Assembly (NCBI GenBank): GCA_047495785.1
Contig: JBLDXI010000032.1
Span: 496,001 to 560,000, forward strand
Source: Lepidodermella squamata
Taxonomy: Eukaryota > Animalia > Gastrotricha
Direction: 5' to 3'
DNA: 64,000 nt
This document shows, one piece after another, positions 36,374 through 48,619 of this stretch. The notes below the pieces were generated by a model. The model was not told where the DNA came from. It saw only the letters and a program-made list of their open reading frames with translations, and searched no databases. Position 1 is the stretch's first letter. Each line of letters starts with the position of its first letter. The position numbers and the translations under genes were made by a program.

Positions 36374-37049
36374 CTTGTGAGCATAAATTAATGCAACCGA
36401 AATTTTGAACATGTGCGTGAAATAACCCTCGTAAGTCATAAGTGACACTTATTTATGTGTTCGCTTAACTTCTTCCGGCAACATGTTCAATGCATCATCT
36501 CAGTTTCGAGGGCAAGCGTTGGAGATTGCGTTGGCATTTCGTTGAAGTTCCGTTTCGCGTTACATTTCTACTTAGTCTGATGAATTTGATTTGCTTCAGA
36601 ATTATTGAAGCTGGATGATTCAGCATGCATGGATGAGAAAAACGGGCTCTCACGTCTCGCGTTGTTTCGAACTGTAGTAAAGGATAAGTTTCAAAATGAC
36701 TAAAACCATGGTAGCGTCATCGCTGTCTAACCCTGTGAAACCTTACCCTAAAGTAAGCTATAGTCCGTGATCATTATGCAGTGTTTTATTTCAGTGCGCA
36801 TTGCGATTGAAACACAGCCTAATTCGAATGTGTGCGGGTTTTCGCAAAAATGCCAGGACAACACGTGAGAACTGACGGCAGCGTACATTGATACTACGAT
36901 TTACCTACCATGAAGTTTAACACATGTTTATGTCTAACTATGAGCGAATGAACATCGGGCTATCGCACCAGATATTGCGGACTGCGTTACCGACAGGTAA
37001 TTTGAAATGCAACCGACTAATTATTCGCGTTCTCGGGGCGATCTACTCG

Positions 37050-39389
37050 TTAGTACAGGATCTGCTTCAGTGGTGGAATGAAAATGAAGCAGAATGTTGC
37101 CGAGGAATGGCAAAGAAGTGCGATGGATATGACCAAATACTGCCACGTAGGATGACCGTTAAAACCAACAAGAACCAGCATAGTTCCAAAATATGACGTT
37201 ACCGCCACCAAAATTGCTCTACGCAGAGGATTCAATTCAGGAATGACCGATGAGCATTCGAACATCAAGGAAGCTGTTCGCAAAGAGAAAGCCACAAAAG
37301 CTCCACACAGCAAGAGTAAGCCGTGACTTCCAGCAAGACCAGCATACCAACCAATTTCTCCAGGTGACGAGCAAGCGGTTTCTATCACACTGAAGAAGGT
37401 ATCGTTTTCTTCGTCATAATACCTGGAAATTACGTCCGAATAGAATATGAGAGGGTCATGAATAAACCAGGCGATAGCCACACTGATATTGACGAGCGTC
37501 ATCAGTAGAGTTATCAATATGCTACGCCTTTCTTGCTGTTTAATTAGGAAGGATGGGTAAAGCTTCTGAAGGTTGTTCATTTTCGAATCTGTTCGTTCGA
37601 GAGCATCATTAAACACTGCATTTCTACTGTCACCGCCTCCCCGTGTTCTTTTGAACCCACTCAAAAAAGTCAAAAGTATTTGGCCGTGAAGGAATAATTT
37701 CGTGAAGATTGCGCCATGAACCAGAGAAACGCCGATTACTAAAAGTAGTAATCTAGCATGACAAATTACAGCATTGCTTTGGCTTGTTATATTGGTAGTA
37801 TCGACAAAACCGACGGCAAAACAAGCCGCAGATGCATTTATGAATAAAAACCCTGCTGCTAATACTACCTTCCCCAGGATATTACTCATTAGCTTCGCAG
37901 AGTAAAGGAGACGGACGATCGAAGCCGATTGGACCAGCGAAATCCCTGAAATGAGGATTATAATGGCAAGACTTGCCTTAGGGTCGATATCGCGTTGAAT
38001 TTGAACAAATTTAGCCATGTCATTCGGAGCCGCAGCATCTTTGGTAGGCCATTTTATGGGACACTTCATTATGACAGCTCTAAAATCTTCCAATGCGGCC
38101 ACATTTTTTCCCGCTACAATCTTGGTATGGAATTTGATACCCTTTGGTGACCAGGTGAAGAGGTAATTCGGGTAACTATCCATCTCAAGTCGAGCTGAAA
38201 ATGCTTCCAAACCATTTCGGAGCCCGAAGGATGTCGTGAGGCCAGCGCTTTGATTGGCAACTAAACCAACCATTTCCGGCTCAGCTGCGTAGTCGGTCAG
38301 AGTCATGTTCATCTTTTTCAGCAGAATCTCAGTATTATGTAGCACGAGAATCGAGTGAATAGCTATGTCGTAGTATGAATAGCGCCGAGAATAGTCGGAA
38401 AAATTTCGGAAAGAGCTCTTGGTGAAATTGTCATACGTTTCGTCAAATTGAGAAACATTTTCTCCCAGACTGTTGGGTGTTGGGTTATCCAGCTGAACGG
38501 GCGAGGTGCCAATAAAGACTGAATTCTTCATTTGTTCAATAATTACATCACGGGTGCAGTTCCTTCTTTGATTTATGACTTTTGGAAGGGACATAGGATT
38601 GACGTAGGCCGCGGAGTACGTCACAAAAACGTAGTTTGGTCCTGTTATCCCAAATCTGTAAGCGGCACAGAGAAATTCTACATTGCTGAACGATCGTCCT
38701 AAGGAGACAACGATTACCCTGACGTTACTCTTCTTCAGTGAATTCATCATGTCATCACTGACTTCAGTATCAAACGAGTCGAACCACTTGATGGTCACAT
38801 TGTTGGATTGACTGGCTGCGTAAAAGTTATTTGCCAGTTGGAAATCTAACGTTCGCGTTGATGTAATTAGGCCAACGTTCTTCCATTTTTGTACGTATTT
38901 AACGAAGTACAACCACGAACTTACGGTGACATCCCCGGGGTTCGTCATTCTATAGATGTTTGGGTAGGTTTTCCTATTTGCCCCTAAAACAGGTGAGGCG
39001 CATCCAGCAGTGATAGAAACCATATTTAGGTGGGTCAGGACCGAAGCGTATGAGATGCAACCTATTGTTGAGGTCGGGCCAACTGTTACCGGGGACTGGC
39101 AATACGTCTGCTTATCTTCAAACGAACGGGCATATTCCAAAAGTCTGCGCGTGGCTAAATTCGAATTAGCGGCTTCGTCTTGAAAGTCGAACACAACTTG
39201 ATAGTTAGGGAGGATGTCATTCCTGAGATTGATTTGATGCGCAGCGAGTTGCATCGCAGCGACACATGGCCGGCAGTCCTGAGGTTCCATGCCAGTGAAA
39301 CTCATCAAGGCCATCACAGAAAGGGTTTTTGTTTTCTCCGCGTTGAGGCCATCCATGGTAAAGAAAAAAATTATATAAAATGTCAGCAT
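37050..39389 (-). CDS. GABA-B-like class C GPCR no.2, intronless
   Basis: INLRNDILPNY, NRKTYPNIYR, KWP...PND, then 7 TM with WFIHDPL and ECL2 CSS. No cysteine-rich domain. Confidence 0.88.
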   Translation of the reverse strand: MLTFYIIFFFTMDGLNAEKTKTLSVMALMSFTGMEPQDCRPCVAAMQLAAHQINLRNDILPNYQVVFDFQDEAANSNLATRRLLEYARSFEDKQTYCQSPVTVGPTSTIGCISYASVLTHLNMVSITAGCASPVLGANRKTYPNIYRMTNPGDVTVSSWLYFVKYVQKWKNVGLITSTRTLDFQLANNFYAASQSNNVTIKWFDSFDTEVSDDMMNSLKKSNVRVIVVSLGRSFSNVEFLCAAYRFGITGPNYVFVTYSAAYVNPMSLPKVINQRRNCTRDVIIEQMKNSVFIGTSPVQLDNPTPNSLGENVSQFDETYDNFTKSSFRNFSDYSRRYSYYDIAIHSILVLHNTEILLKKMNMTLTDYAAEPEMVGLVANQSAGLTTSFGLRNGLEAFSARLEMDSYPNYLFTWSPKGIKFHTKIVAGKNVAALEDFRAVIMKCPIKWPTKDAAAPNDMAKFVQIQRDIDPKASLAIIILISGISLVQSASIVRLLYSAKLMSNILGKVVLAAGFLFINASAACFAVGFVDTTNITSQSNAVICHARLLLLVIGVSLVHGAIFTKLFLHGQILLTFLSGFKRTRGGGDSRNAVFNDALERTDSKMNNLQKLYPSFLIKQQERRSILITLLMTLVNISVAIAWFIHDPLIFYSDVISRYYDEENDTFFSVIETACSSPGEIGWYAGLAGSHGLLLLCGAFVAFSLRTASLMFECSSVIPELNPLRRAILVAVTSYFGTMLVLVGFNGHPTWQYLVISIALLCHSSATFCFIFIPPLKQILY

Positions 39390-40456
39390 TGTTTGGAAAT
39401 ATGACAAAAATTATCCCGTACAAGCAGCCTTTTATGCCGATGCCGTGGGTGTAATCTTTTCCGCAACGTGCACCGGGGCAAATAGGGCTGCTGCCGAAAT
39501 TAGCCATATATTCGCTAAACAACCCACTAGCAATTACTTGAGGGTTTCGGTATCCTCATTCCTTATGTCAAAGTCACGACAGTATGTGCTTTGCTGGGGC
39601 AAAATGTTCTCCTTTTCTAGCAGATGTGTGAACTTGAAACTGACAGGATATTCACCAGAACCCTCGAACTTGAGACAATCCTTGAGACAATCCTGAGTAC
39701 TCGTTCTGTGACAAGTGATTTTCAGTAATGCTCAAAGATCTCGAATTGAAACCAACCAGTGCCAAGGTTACTCATCCTAGTGCCTCGGTAAGTGACAAGC
39801 TAACCTCAGGTGATGTCCCATAATATTTGAAAGCCTAACTGTAAAAGGAAACGCAGACACCTTCTGCTATCATCTAAAATCTTTGAATCTTTTATGCAGT
39901 AGCAGCAGCAGCAAGCTGCTGCAGAAGCGTAAAGGTTAGGGAACCCTAAATGATCATTAAGTTTATGGCTAGGAGCTTCCATCGGGATTAGTCACGTCCT
40001 TTCCTGGGTTCCGAGCGTTGCTCACTGCAAACATGAAGCCAAAAAGATCCACCCCCTCCAAGACTATATAATGTCCGAATTAAATGTCCGTGGCCACTCG
40101 ATCCTTGATGGCAAGGCGCAAGGAAGCGTATTATAACGCATTGCAAATATGATATCCAGCTGTTATCATTAATTTAATAATTTTTAATGACGTGAAAGGA
40201 AATTGCTGTTGTAATTTTTGGTTTTACAAATCCTGCCCTTCAAATCCACCTCTAACTCTCACTGTTTAAATTCAGATTATCCTAATTGTCAGATTACCAA
40301 AGGTCACTGAAATTCGCAGCATAGCATGCATTACTAGAACATTAATAATAACGTTCTTAACCTCGGCTGAACAACATTTCTGGTCATTTTAAACATGCAG
40401 ACAAGTATTAATTTCATTTATTTATCAGGTCCTCCGCGGCATTATATGCCCTTGTG

Positions 40457-42949
40457 TTATTGATTGTGATTATTAGATAAACTTCCGGATAGTCTACGAC
40501 TGAGGTTGGTCGTTTGATTAGAACGAGGTATGGAAAGGTGGATGGATCCACGAGCGTCCCTAATTCTGGTAACGTGTGAACGATAGCGAAGTGCCGGTGC
40601 GAAAATGAAGCAGAACGTTGAAATCGAATAAATAAGCAGTGCGAAGGACAAGACCAAATACTGGGTTGTTGAATGACCAGCGAAACCGACAAGAATCAAA
40701 ATTGTACCATAAAATAAAGTTACAGCAATCATTTGAGCTCTCCTAAGCGGATTGAACTCAGGTATATATTGCGAGCAGTTCATAATCAACGAAACCGATC
40801 GCAAAGAATAAGCCAAGAAAGCTCCACATAGCAGAATAATGCCTTGACTACCACATAAAATCGCATACCAAACAACAATCTGAGGCGATGAGCATGCCAT
40901 TTCTTTCACTGTAAAAAACGCGTCCTCGCCCTCATCGTAATATTCAGAGACGATCTCTGATGAAAATTCAACTGGGTCATACAGAAACCAGAGAAGAAGA
41001 ATAATGCCATACAGTACAACGATGACCAATGTCGAATGTAGAGTGCGCTTATCGTGGGCTTTCGCGAGTAAATTTGGGTACAACTGGCGCAAATAAGATT
41101 TCGCTGTTGAGTCCATAGCCAGACCTTCATGAAATATTCGCGGATGCTGATTCGTCATATCTCCCCTATGGCTGCCACTACTGTACTGTTTTTTAAAAGC
41201 TCGAATCTTCCCAAGCAGCTCGTTGCCATACAAAACTAACTTGAACACCATGGAACTATGAACAAGAGCCATTCCTATAACGAGGAGACTTATTCTAGCT
41301 CGACATATTGCGTAATTATCTCCATTAATGACCCTATTTCCATCGACCAAACCAACAGCAAAACAAGCTGCTGAAATGTTTATGACTATTACACCAGCTG
41401 TCGACAACATTTTCCCGCGAAAGATCCCTCGATTCGTCCTTTTCGCTAGGACGTAGACAAGCGCAGCGAACTGGGCCAACGAAATGAGAGTTGCAACTAT
41501 CGTTATGGACAAACCTGTCTCAAAGGTTATGTCATCCATAATTTGCACGCTCCTCGCCATATCATTCGGGGCCCGTGCATCTTTAGTTAACCATTTTAGT
41601 TCAGAGTTCATGATGTTCACAGAATAGTTCTCCAAGACTTCAACATTTCTCCCGGCAACAATTTTGTAGTGATAGTTCATGTCGCTTCCATTTCCTGACC
41701 AAGTTGCCACAAAGTTCGGGTAGCTATCCATTTCCATCCGTTGAGAAAACGCCTCGTAACCGTTGCGAAGGCCGTAGAAGCTGGTGAGTCCCGCTGTTTT
41801 GTTCGCGATCGAACCAACAAGCTTCGGCATTAAAGCATAGTCAGAAAGCGTCATATTTTTCTGTGCCAGCAGGCTCTCAGTCTTGTTAAGAACCAGAATA
41901 GCGTGTAAGGTTACGTCGTGACAACTATGGCGTCTGAAGAAGTCAGCTTTGTTCCAGAAAATTCCATTTGTATAATTGTCAAACAACCTTTCAAACTCGT
42001 TCAAAGTGTATCCGAGAGATGTCGTCGTCGGATTTTCCAAAACGACAGAAGAAGTGCCGATGAAGACAGAATACTTTGTTTGCTCGATTACAACATCTCG
42101 GGTGCAATTTTTCTTCTGATTTATAACTTGGGGTAAGGAATAAGGATCTGTGAAAGCGGCGGCATAGGTTATGAATACGTAGTTGGCTCCTGTAATTCCA
42201 AATCTATAAGCAGCGCAAAGAAATTCAACATTTGAGAAAAATCTGCCAAGAGAAACCATGATGACTCGCACGTTACTTTTCTTCAGAGACAGCATCATTT
42301 CATCGCTGACCTCTGTGTCAAACGAGTCAGACCAACGTATTGACACTCCGCTAGCTAGACTAGCCTCATAAAAGTTCTTCGCCAGTTGGAAGTCCAGGGT
42401 TCTGGTGCTCGTTATCAATCCAACGTTTTTCCACTTTTGAATGTATTTGATATAATAGAGCCAAGAGCCGGTAACAGTATCTCCTGGGTTATTCAGTCTA
42501 TAGATGTTTGGGAAGTCTTTCCGGTTCGCTCCAAAAACGGGTGAGCCGCAACCATAAGTTACAGAGACTATATTCACATGTGATAACGCAGTTGCGTATG
42601 GAATGCATCCTATAGTTGAAATCGGGCCTAAGGTAACAGGGGATGGCAGATACGGCTGGGGAGATTCAAACGATCGCACGTAGTCCATTAATCGCCGCGT
42701 TGCGAGATTAGAATTTAAAGTTTCATCCTGCAAGTCCAGTTGAATGCGGTAGTTCGGCAGAATATCGGATCTCCTGTTGACAATGTCGACAACAAAGCGC
42801 ATAGCGGCTGCACAGGTCTTGCCATCTTGTGGCTCACTTCCGGTGAAGGGGACTAAGCCCATTAGAGATAGAGATTTTACTTCAGCTCGGGCTGCCATAC
42901 CGATGCAGCCTATTAGCACCATTGCAAGTGTGAAAATTAGTCGATGCAT
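40457..42949 (-). CDS. GABA-B-like class C GPCR no.3, intronless
   Basis: 830-aa ORF: signal peptide, VFT (VNRRSDILPNY, FPNIYR), 7 TM (WFLYDP, CSS, GAFLAY). Confidence 0.9.
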   Translation of the reverse strand: MHRLIFTLAMVLIGCIGMAARAEVKSLSLMGLVPFTGSEPQDGKTCAAAMRFVVDIVNRRSDILPNYRIQLDLQDETLNSNLATRRLMDYVRSFESPQPYLPSPVTLGPISTIGCIPYATALSHVNIVSVTYGCGSPVFGANRKDFPNIYRLNNPGDTVTGSWLYYIKYIQKWKNVGLITSTRTLDFQLAKNFYEASLASGVSIRWSDSFDTEVSDEMMLSLKKSNVRVIMVSLGRFFSNVEFLCAAYRFGITGANYVFITYAAAFTDPYSLPQVINQKKNCTRDVVIEQTKYSVFIGTSSVVLENPTTTSLGYTLNEFERLFDNYTNGIFWNKADFFRRHSCHDVTLHAILVLNKTESLLAQKNMTLSDYALMPKLVGSIANKTAGLTSFYGLRNGYEAFSQRMEMDSYPNFVATWSGNGSDMNYHYKIVAGRNVEVLENYSVNIMNSELKWLTKDARAPNDMARSVQIMDDITFETGLSITIVATLISLAQFAALVYVLAKRTNRGIFRGKMLSTAGVIVINISAACFAVGLVDGNRVINGDNYAICRARISLLVIGMALVHSSMVFKLVLYGNELLGKIRAFKKQYSSGSHRGDMTNQHPRIFHEGLAMDSTAKSYLRQLYPNLLAKAHDKRTLHSTLVIVVLYGIILLLWFLYDPVEFSSEIVSEYYDEGEDAFFTVKEMACSSPQIVVWYAILCGSQGIILLCGAFLAYSLRSVSLIMNCSQYIPEFNPLRRAQMIAVTLFYGTILILVGFAGHSTTQYLVLSFALLIYSISTFCFIFAPALRYRSHVTRIRDARGSIHLSIPRSNQTTNLSRRLSGSLSNNHNQ

Positions 42950-43334
42950 TTCGAAAGCAAAAGAAACAAGAATGACTCCTACATTAAGAAATCTCCGGGC
43001 ATTATAGCGAACTGCGTGGCTTAGAACGTGATTCTCGCAAATTCCTTTGCTTTGATGGCTAGTGTTAACGCGAACAGCTATCTCGCTGACTATCTTAATG
43101 ATGTCTCGGTCTTCGACATGATTTCGTGTGCTTCACACAAGTTCGGTCACGTACTAGGATGCCAATTACGGAGTTTCTAATGGGATAAGTAACTTCCCGC
43201 TGCAAACATTGATCGTCACTGCACGGATTTTATTAAAGGTTAATCTCAGAAGTTGCTCGGTATAAAATCAAATGACCACACTACAAGGTACAGTACAAAA
43301 TAAGTTTTGGCTCTATTTTTCTCACTCTATTTTT

Positions 43335-45752
43335 TTACTTATTTGAGACCTGATCCATGCGACGAGTTACACCTGGGGAGTTAGGGACCGATGGCAAATC
43401 TTCACTTGCTCGTTTGAAGAACGGTGGAATAAACGTGATAGAGAAGGATGCGACTGAATAGACGATGAGCATCACAGCGACAATGCTGTACTGGCTGGTT
43501 GGTCGCCCATCGAACCCAAGAAGTAGCAAAATAGTACCGGCTACTAAAGTCAGTGAATTAGCAACGGACTTTCTTATAGGATCAAGTTCAGGTATGACAG
43601 CTGAAGACCCTTGAATCGCAGAAATTAAACGCAAAGAATAGGCTAGGAAAGCAGAACCGAGAAGAGCAGCACAGTTAATTCCAACTAGTGTTAACAGCCA
43701 AATCAGAATATCCCTTGACAAGCAAGTGCCCTCTTCAATCGCAACAAAAGTATCGTTTTCCACCTCATAATAAAAATTGACCCGCTTTTTGGAGAAGGTT
43801 AACGGGTCGCTGAGAAACCACGTTATTAGTACAAAACAATTCAGCAGGGTGAAACCGAAGCTGAACGCTGCACTTAACTTGTCATGCTTATGCATAAGAT
43901 TCCTCTTGTACAGTTGTTGCAGCAACAAGAAATGCTTGTTATCAGCGCATAGATCGATGACGAATTTGTATTTTCCATTGCTTTTGCCAATTTCTGCGAA
44001 GGCATTGATCTTGCCCAACAACGCGTGCCCATATTGGGCTAATTTTGCGAGTTGAACGCCGTGGACTAGCGACAGCCCTATTACGGCAAAGATGATGCGT
44101 AGGTGGCAGGATATCAAATTAGGTCGACTGCATGTGTTATCGTCATCAATCAATCCGGCGGCAAATAGAGCTGCTGACAAATCGACGAATAGCAAGCCGA
44201 CCAGCAAAATCACCTTGCCCCATCGGCATTTTTTATCAAGTCCGTTTTTGATCGCTAAGAACCCGACGCTAATTTGACACGTTGCAACCACACTTGCTAT
44301 GGCGTAAATGGCTATAGTCAAGCTGTCTTCTATATCTGTAACCAAAACGACGCGCCTAGCTGTATCTAAGGGTGGCTGTCCGTTTTTCGTGCCCCAGCGA
44401 AACTGCTGAACTGTTTTGGCTGAATAATTTGGTATGCTCAAAATATCGCGCCCAGCTTGTATTTTCGAGTAAACCTGGAGCGAGTTGTTTTTTCGGGACC
44501 AAATCATAGCATAGCTGAAGTAGTTATCCATTTCGAGACGGTTTGAAAACTTTTCATAACCTCTTTGGAGTCCATAGAAGCCAGCCTCAGCAACAGATTG
44601 ATTAGCTACTAGGCTTACTTCATACGGATTTGTCGTGTAATCTGATAGGGTCATGTTCAAGCTTTGAAGAACTGATTCAGTCCGATTAAGCGCGAGAACA
44701 GCCTGAAGTGCGACATCATGACACTTGTGGCGATTCGGAAAGTCAGCTGTACCTTTAAAGGAACCATCTGTGAAAGTATCAAACATGTTTTCGAAGCCAT
44801 CCCGATCGTAACCAAGTGATGTGTAACCGTTGTTTTCAATGGGAACGGATGGTCCACCGATGAAAATCGTGTATTTTAGCTGTTCAAGGTAAATTTCACG
44901 CGAGCATTGTATCTTCGGATTCAGCATTCTTGGTAAGGTTGTAGGGTCAACGTAAGCATTAGTATAGGCCAGGAATACAAAATTAGGCCCAGTCATCCCA
45001 TATCGATGTGCCATGCAAAGTACCTCAGCGAGCATGATCCACCTACCTAGAATGACAGCGATAACTCGAGAGTTACTTGCCTTGAGTGAGAGCATCATTT
45101 CATCAGTTATTTCCGTGTCATATGAATCGGACCAACGAACGTTAATACCGTTTGAAGCCGCAGTTTCGAGAAACGTTTTCGCCAATTGAAAATCAAGGGT
45201 TCGAGTCGATGAGATAACAGCCGTGTTTTTCCAGTGGCCGATGAATTTAACGAAATACACCCAGGTGTAAATAGCCACCTCGCCTGGTAACTGTTGCCTG
45301 TAAATATTTGGATAGGCCACTCTGTTACCTGAGAAAACAGGAGACGCACAGCCCCAGGTGATTGAGACCATATTCAAGGGTTTCAAGCTAGATGCGTACG
45401 ACATGCATCCTACCGAGGAACTTGGTCCTATTGTGATCGGGGATTGGGTGAAGTTTTCATTCGGCACGAAGTTACGCGTGTATTGAACTAGCCGCCTTGA
45501 TGCCAGATTAGAACTGCCTGCTTCGTCTTGAACATCGAATTCAATGCGGTAGTTGGGCAATATATCGTCTCTTTTGTTGACGACATCGGCGACGAACCTG
45601 TAAGCCGCGGCACAAGCCCTGCCGTCTTGAGGTTCATTTCCAGTGTATTGGGCAAGTGCTAGTACGGAGAGTGTTGATGGCTTTACTATGCTCTGCCCGT
45701 TGATTTCGGGCAGGTGGGCTAAACTCAGAATAATAGCTGTAAGAAATTTCAT
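43335..45752 (-). CDS. GABA-B-like class C GPCR no.4, intronless
   Basis: ~805-aa ORF: signal peptide, VFT (VNKRDDILPNY, YPNIYR), 7 TM (WFLSDPL). Confidence 0.9.
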   Translation of the reverse strand: MKFLTAIILSLAHLPEINGQSIVKPSTLSVLALAQYTGNEPQDGRACAAAYRFVADVVNKRDDILPNYRIEFDVQDEAGSSNLASRRLVQYTRNFVPNENFTQSPITIGPSSSVGCMSYASSLKPLNMVSITWGCASPVFSGNRVAYPNIYRQQLPGEVAIYTWVYFVKFIGHWKNTAVISSTRTLDFQLAKTFLETAASNGINVRWSDSYDTEITDEMMLSLKASNSRVIAVILGRWIMLAEVLCMAHRYGMTGPNFVFLAYTNAYVDPTTLPRMLNPKIQCSREIYLEQLKYTIFIGGPSVPIENNGYTSLGYDRDGFENMFDTFTDGSFKGTADFPNRHKCHDVALQAVLALNRTESVLQSLNMTLSDYTTNPYEVSLVANQSVAEAGFYGLQRGYEKFSNRLEMDNYFSYAMIWSRKNNSLQVYSKIQAGRDILSIPNYSAKTVQQFRWGTKNGQPPLDTARRVVLVTDIEDSLTIAIYAIASVVATCQISVGFLAIKNGLDKKCRWGKVILLVGLLFVDLSAALFAAGLIDDDNTCSRPNLISCHLRIIFAVIGLSLVHGVQLAKLAQYGHALLGKINAFAEIGKSNGKYKFVIDLCADNKHFLLLQQLYKRNLMHKHDKLSAAFSFGFTLLNCFVLITWFLSDPLTFSKKRVNFYYEVENDTFVAIEEGTCLSRDILIWLLTLVGINCAALLGSAFLAYSLRLISAIQGSSAVIPELDPIRKSVANSLTLVAGTILLLLGFDGRPTSQYSIVAVMLIVYSVASFSITFIPPFFKRASEDLPSVPNSPGVTRRMDQVSNK

Positions 45753-46148
45753 AACTTTCAAAGGATTGTGTCATGTGGTAAAATTCCTCTGGCTTATATT
45801 GGTCTCTGTGGACATCCCTAATTGCCGATATTTCTTATGCATTTCGCAATTAATCATTTTAATCATTTAGAAAAAGTCCCCGTCTGGCGGCTCACGTGAG
45901 ATCCTTGATAATTGGCATAGTGGCGTAATCTTATTGAGATCAGAGTTTTGATTTTACTGCAGGGTAACAGACGTCATTCTTCAAAATTAAAGTCACATGA
46001 TCGAACGAGCCATGCTGTAAACGAGATTTTGTCACAAAAAGACGAACAAATTACCATGATGTCCTAATTGGTTCAGACTTCGTAACGAATGCTCTCATTA
46101 AAAGTTATATGGCGAATTAATAATATACACTAGATAAAGACGAGTTCA

Positions 46149-48619
46149 TCAAATATGCTGAGTGTCGTCTGGTGATTGTCTACGAAAGATGAGGTTGAAA
46201 GCTGACTCGAATACATCAAAGAAGCAAATCGCAAGACTCGACCAAGAGTTCACCATTAGCGCTAATGCGATAACAGCCTGCTGTGTAGTAGGACCGTCGA
46301 CTGCAATCAGCATTAGCGTCGTCGCAATATACAGCGTCACCGAGTTCCCGCTAGCCATGCGAGCTTTCTTGACTTCTCTCTCCTGCTCTTTTGACATTTC
46401 TACATTAGAAAGATGCCTCAACGAGTATGACAGGTAGCAAGATATTATCAACGGGATGAAATTAACAGCGGCTAACACTATATACCAGATCGACCCTTTA
46501 GACGAACGGCAAATATTAGCATATTCGAAAGTTACAGTATCAACGATTTCGTCATGAATTCCGTCTCGAAGTGTCACTTGAAATTTGAGCAAAGGATCTA
46601 GACCTATCCATACGCAAATTATGACAAATGTGACAAGAAGCCATAGCGACGTCATGAGAACAACCCCGCCATCGGAAACATTATCCAAAACTATTGGAGC
46701 AGATTGCTTTGATACTTGAGTTCCATTTGTAAAATGACGCTCAGTGGTAAACGCATTTCCGTAACGCAAGCTTGCCGTTCGAGTAATTTGCCCTGGTCTT
46801 CGAGGCGTGCGACGGTCAGAATGCTGCCGCTGCGAGCCGTTCCGATTCAAATATCTCGCGAACTTGCCGAAATGCACGGGTGTAACTTTTTGATGAACTG
46901 AGAAAAGATGACCGAAGATATTCCCGTGAAGCAGAGCGATTCCGAAGGCCGCTAATATGGGCCCGATAGAGCATAAAGCATCTGACGCAAGACTGGTCGG
47001 TATGACGAAAGCAACCGACGAGACCTCCATCAAAACTAAGCCAACCAAACATGCTCTTCTGGCATTCTTGAAGGCAGCCAAATCAGCATCGTATCGCTTC
47101 ACGATTGAGTGAATCCATATCGCAAATTTCAAAAGCATCCCCAGTGCAGCCAAGACAATTATCAAGATAAAAATCTCAAATTGAATAGTCTTAGTAGTGA
47201 CGATTTTCAGCGCTCTGTCGTTAGGTGGCAAACCGTCTGGAGTTTGCCATGCCATTGGAAGGAGCGGAGTCAAAATCGATGAAAAATTGTCACCGGGACC
47301 AGACACGTTATCAGCCACCTTAACAAAGAAAGTATTCTGGTAAGATCCTTCACTCGAATTCCAGTAGGCTATAACATGGGGCTCGTTATCCAACTCAAGT
47401 CTTGACGAATATCCTATACGGCCAACTCTCAAGCCAACAAGATCCACTGAAGCCATACTTCTGTTCACAACTTCAGAAACGGCTTTAGGGTTGGTTGCAA
47501 AATCAGATAGTCTCAAATCTTTCGAACGAAGTGCCTCTTCCGACATGTTCAAGGCAACAATTGCTTGAAGCATGGCGTCGTGGCACCAATGCCGATTTCC
47601 GTAATCGGGTGTTCTTGAGGTATTGGTCAAGTTATCAAATGCTTTTTCAAAACCAATCCGATCGTAGCCTAGGCTAGTTCTGCCGAAATCTGTGGGTGCA
47701 GCTGTAGCAACTCCAATCCAATAAACATATCGAAATTGCTCGATTACGATGTTTTTGGAGCATGGTAATACGGATGAGTTCGGATCTGCAAAAGCCTGAG
47801 TAGCAGCCATGAAAATGTACCTCGATCCCGTTATTCCATACTTGTACGCCTGGCAAACCACACTGAAAACAAACGCAGCTCTACTACCAACGTCTATCAT
47901 CACAATTCGAGCCTCGCTTTGCTTCAAAGACTCCATCGCGTCGTCTGTTACCGTTGAAACTGTATTGAACCAAGCAACTTCGATACCCGCTGAGCTAGCT
48001 GCTTGCGAGAACAAAGAAGCTGTTGTGTAGTCGAAAACATTTTCAGCACTTGTTATTATTGCGATTCTACTCCATTTGCCAATCGTTCGAATGAAACTTA
48101 GACGAGATGGAATGTCGAGTTCTGCCGAGGCTCTGTGACGGTACAGATTAGGATAGCTTTTGCGGTTATTTGTGAATAAGGTTGCACCACAGCCAACGCC
48201 AAGCTGTGTCATATTGAGATGATGGCTGGAACTCGCCAAAGCCTTGCAACCTGGTGTGAAATAAGGTCCAACGACAATCGGTGCAGCTGAAGGAGTTGAT
48301 CGCATGAATTCAACAGTGTGCTTCACAGCTTGCATTGAGTTGGACCCTTCATCTTTGAATGAAGCGGATAAACGGTAACCGGGCAGTATATTGGGCGATT
48401 TGTTCGCAGCCTCAATTGCTATCTCCATCCCAGCTCGGCAAAGCTTTCCATCTTTCGGATCGTTGCCTGATGAAAGAAATGAAAAACAACTTGCGGCATT
48501 TATGGAAATCACAAACCTGTGAATGGAATCAACGCAAGAATGGTTAATTCCCGATTATCGGCAATGACGTTTTTGAGAAACAAAAAAGTCGCCAAAAGGC
48601 TGTTAATATGCAAAAGCAT
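46149..48619 (-). CDS. GABA-B-like class C GPCR no.5 (one 50-nt intron, 48467-48516)
   Basis: Exon 1 MLLHINSLLATFLFLKNVIADNRELTILALIPFTG splices (phase 1) to NDPKDGKLC; VFT plus 7 TM (WIGLDPL). Confidence 0.87.

Noticed and set aside
39660-39700. Small tandem duplication CTTGAGACAATC x2 (similar ACACGACTTGAAAA x2 near 50957-50992)
   Set aside because: Ordinary slippage-type micro-duplications with no further structure.
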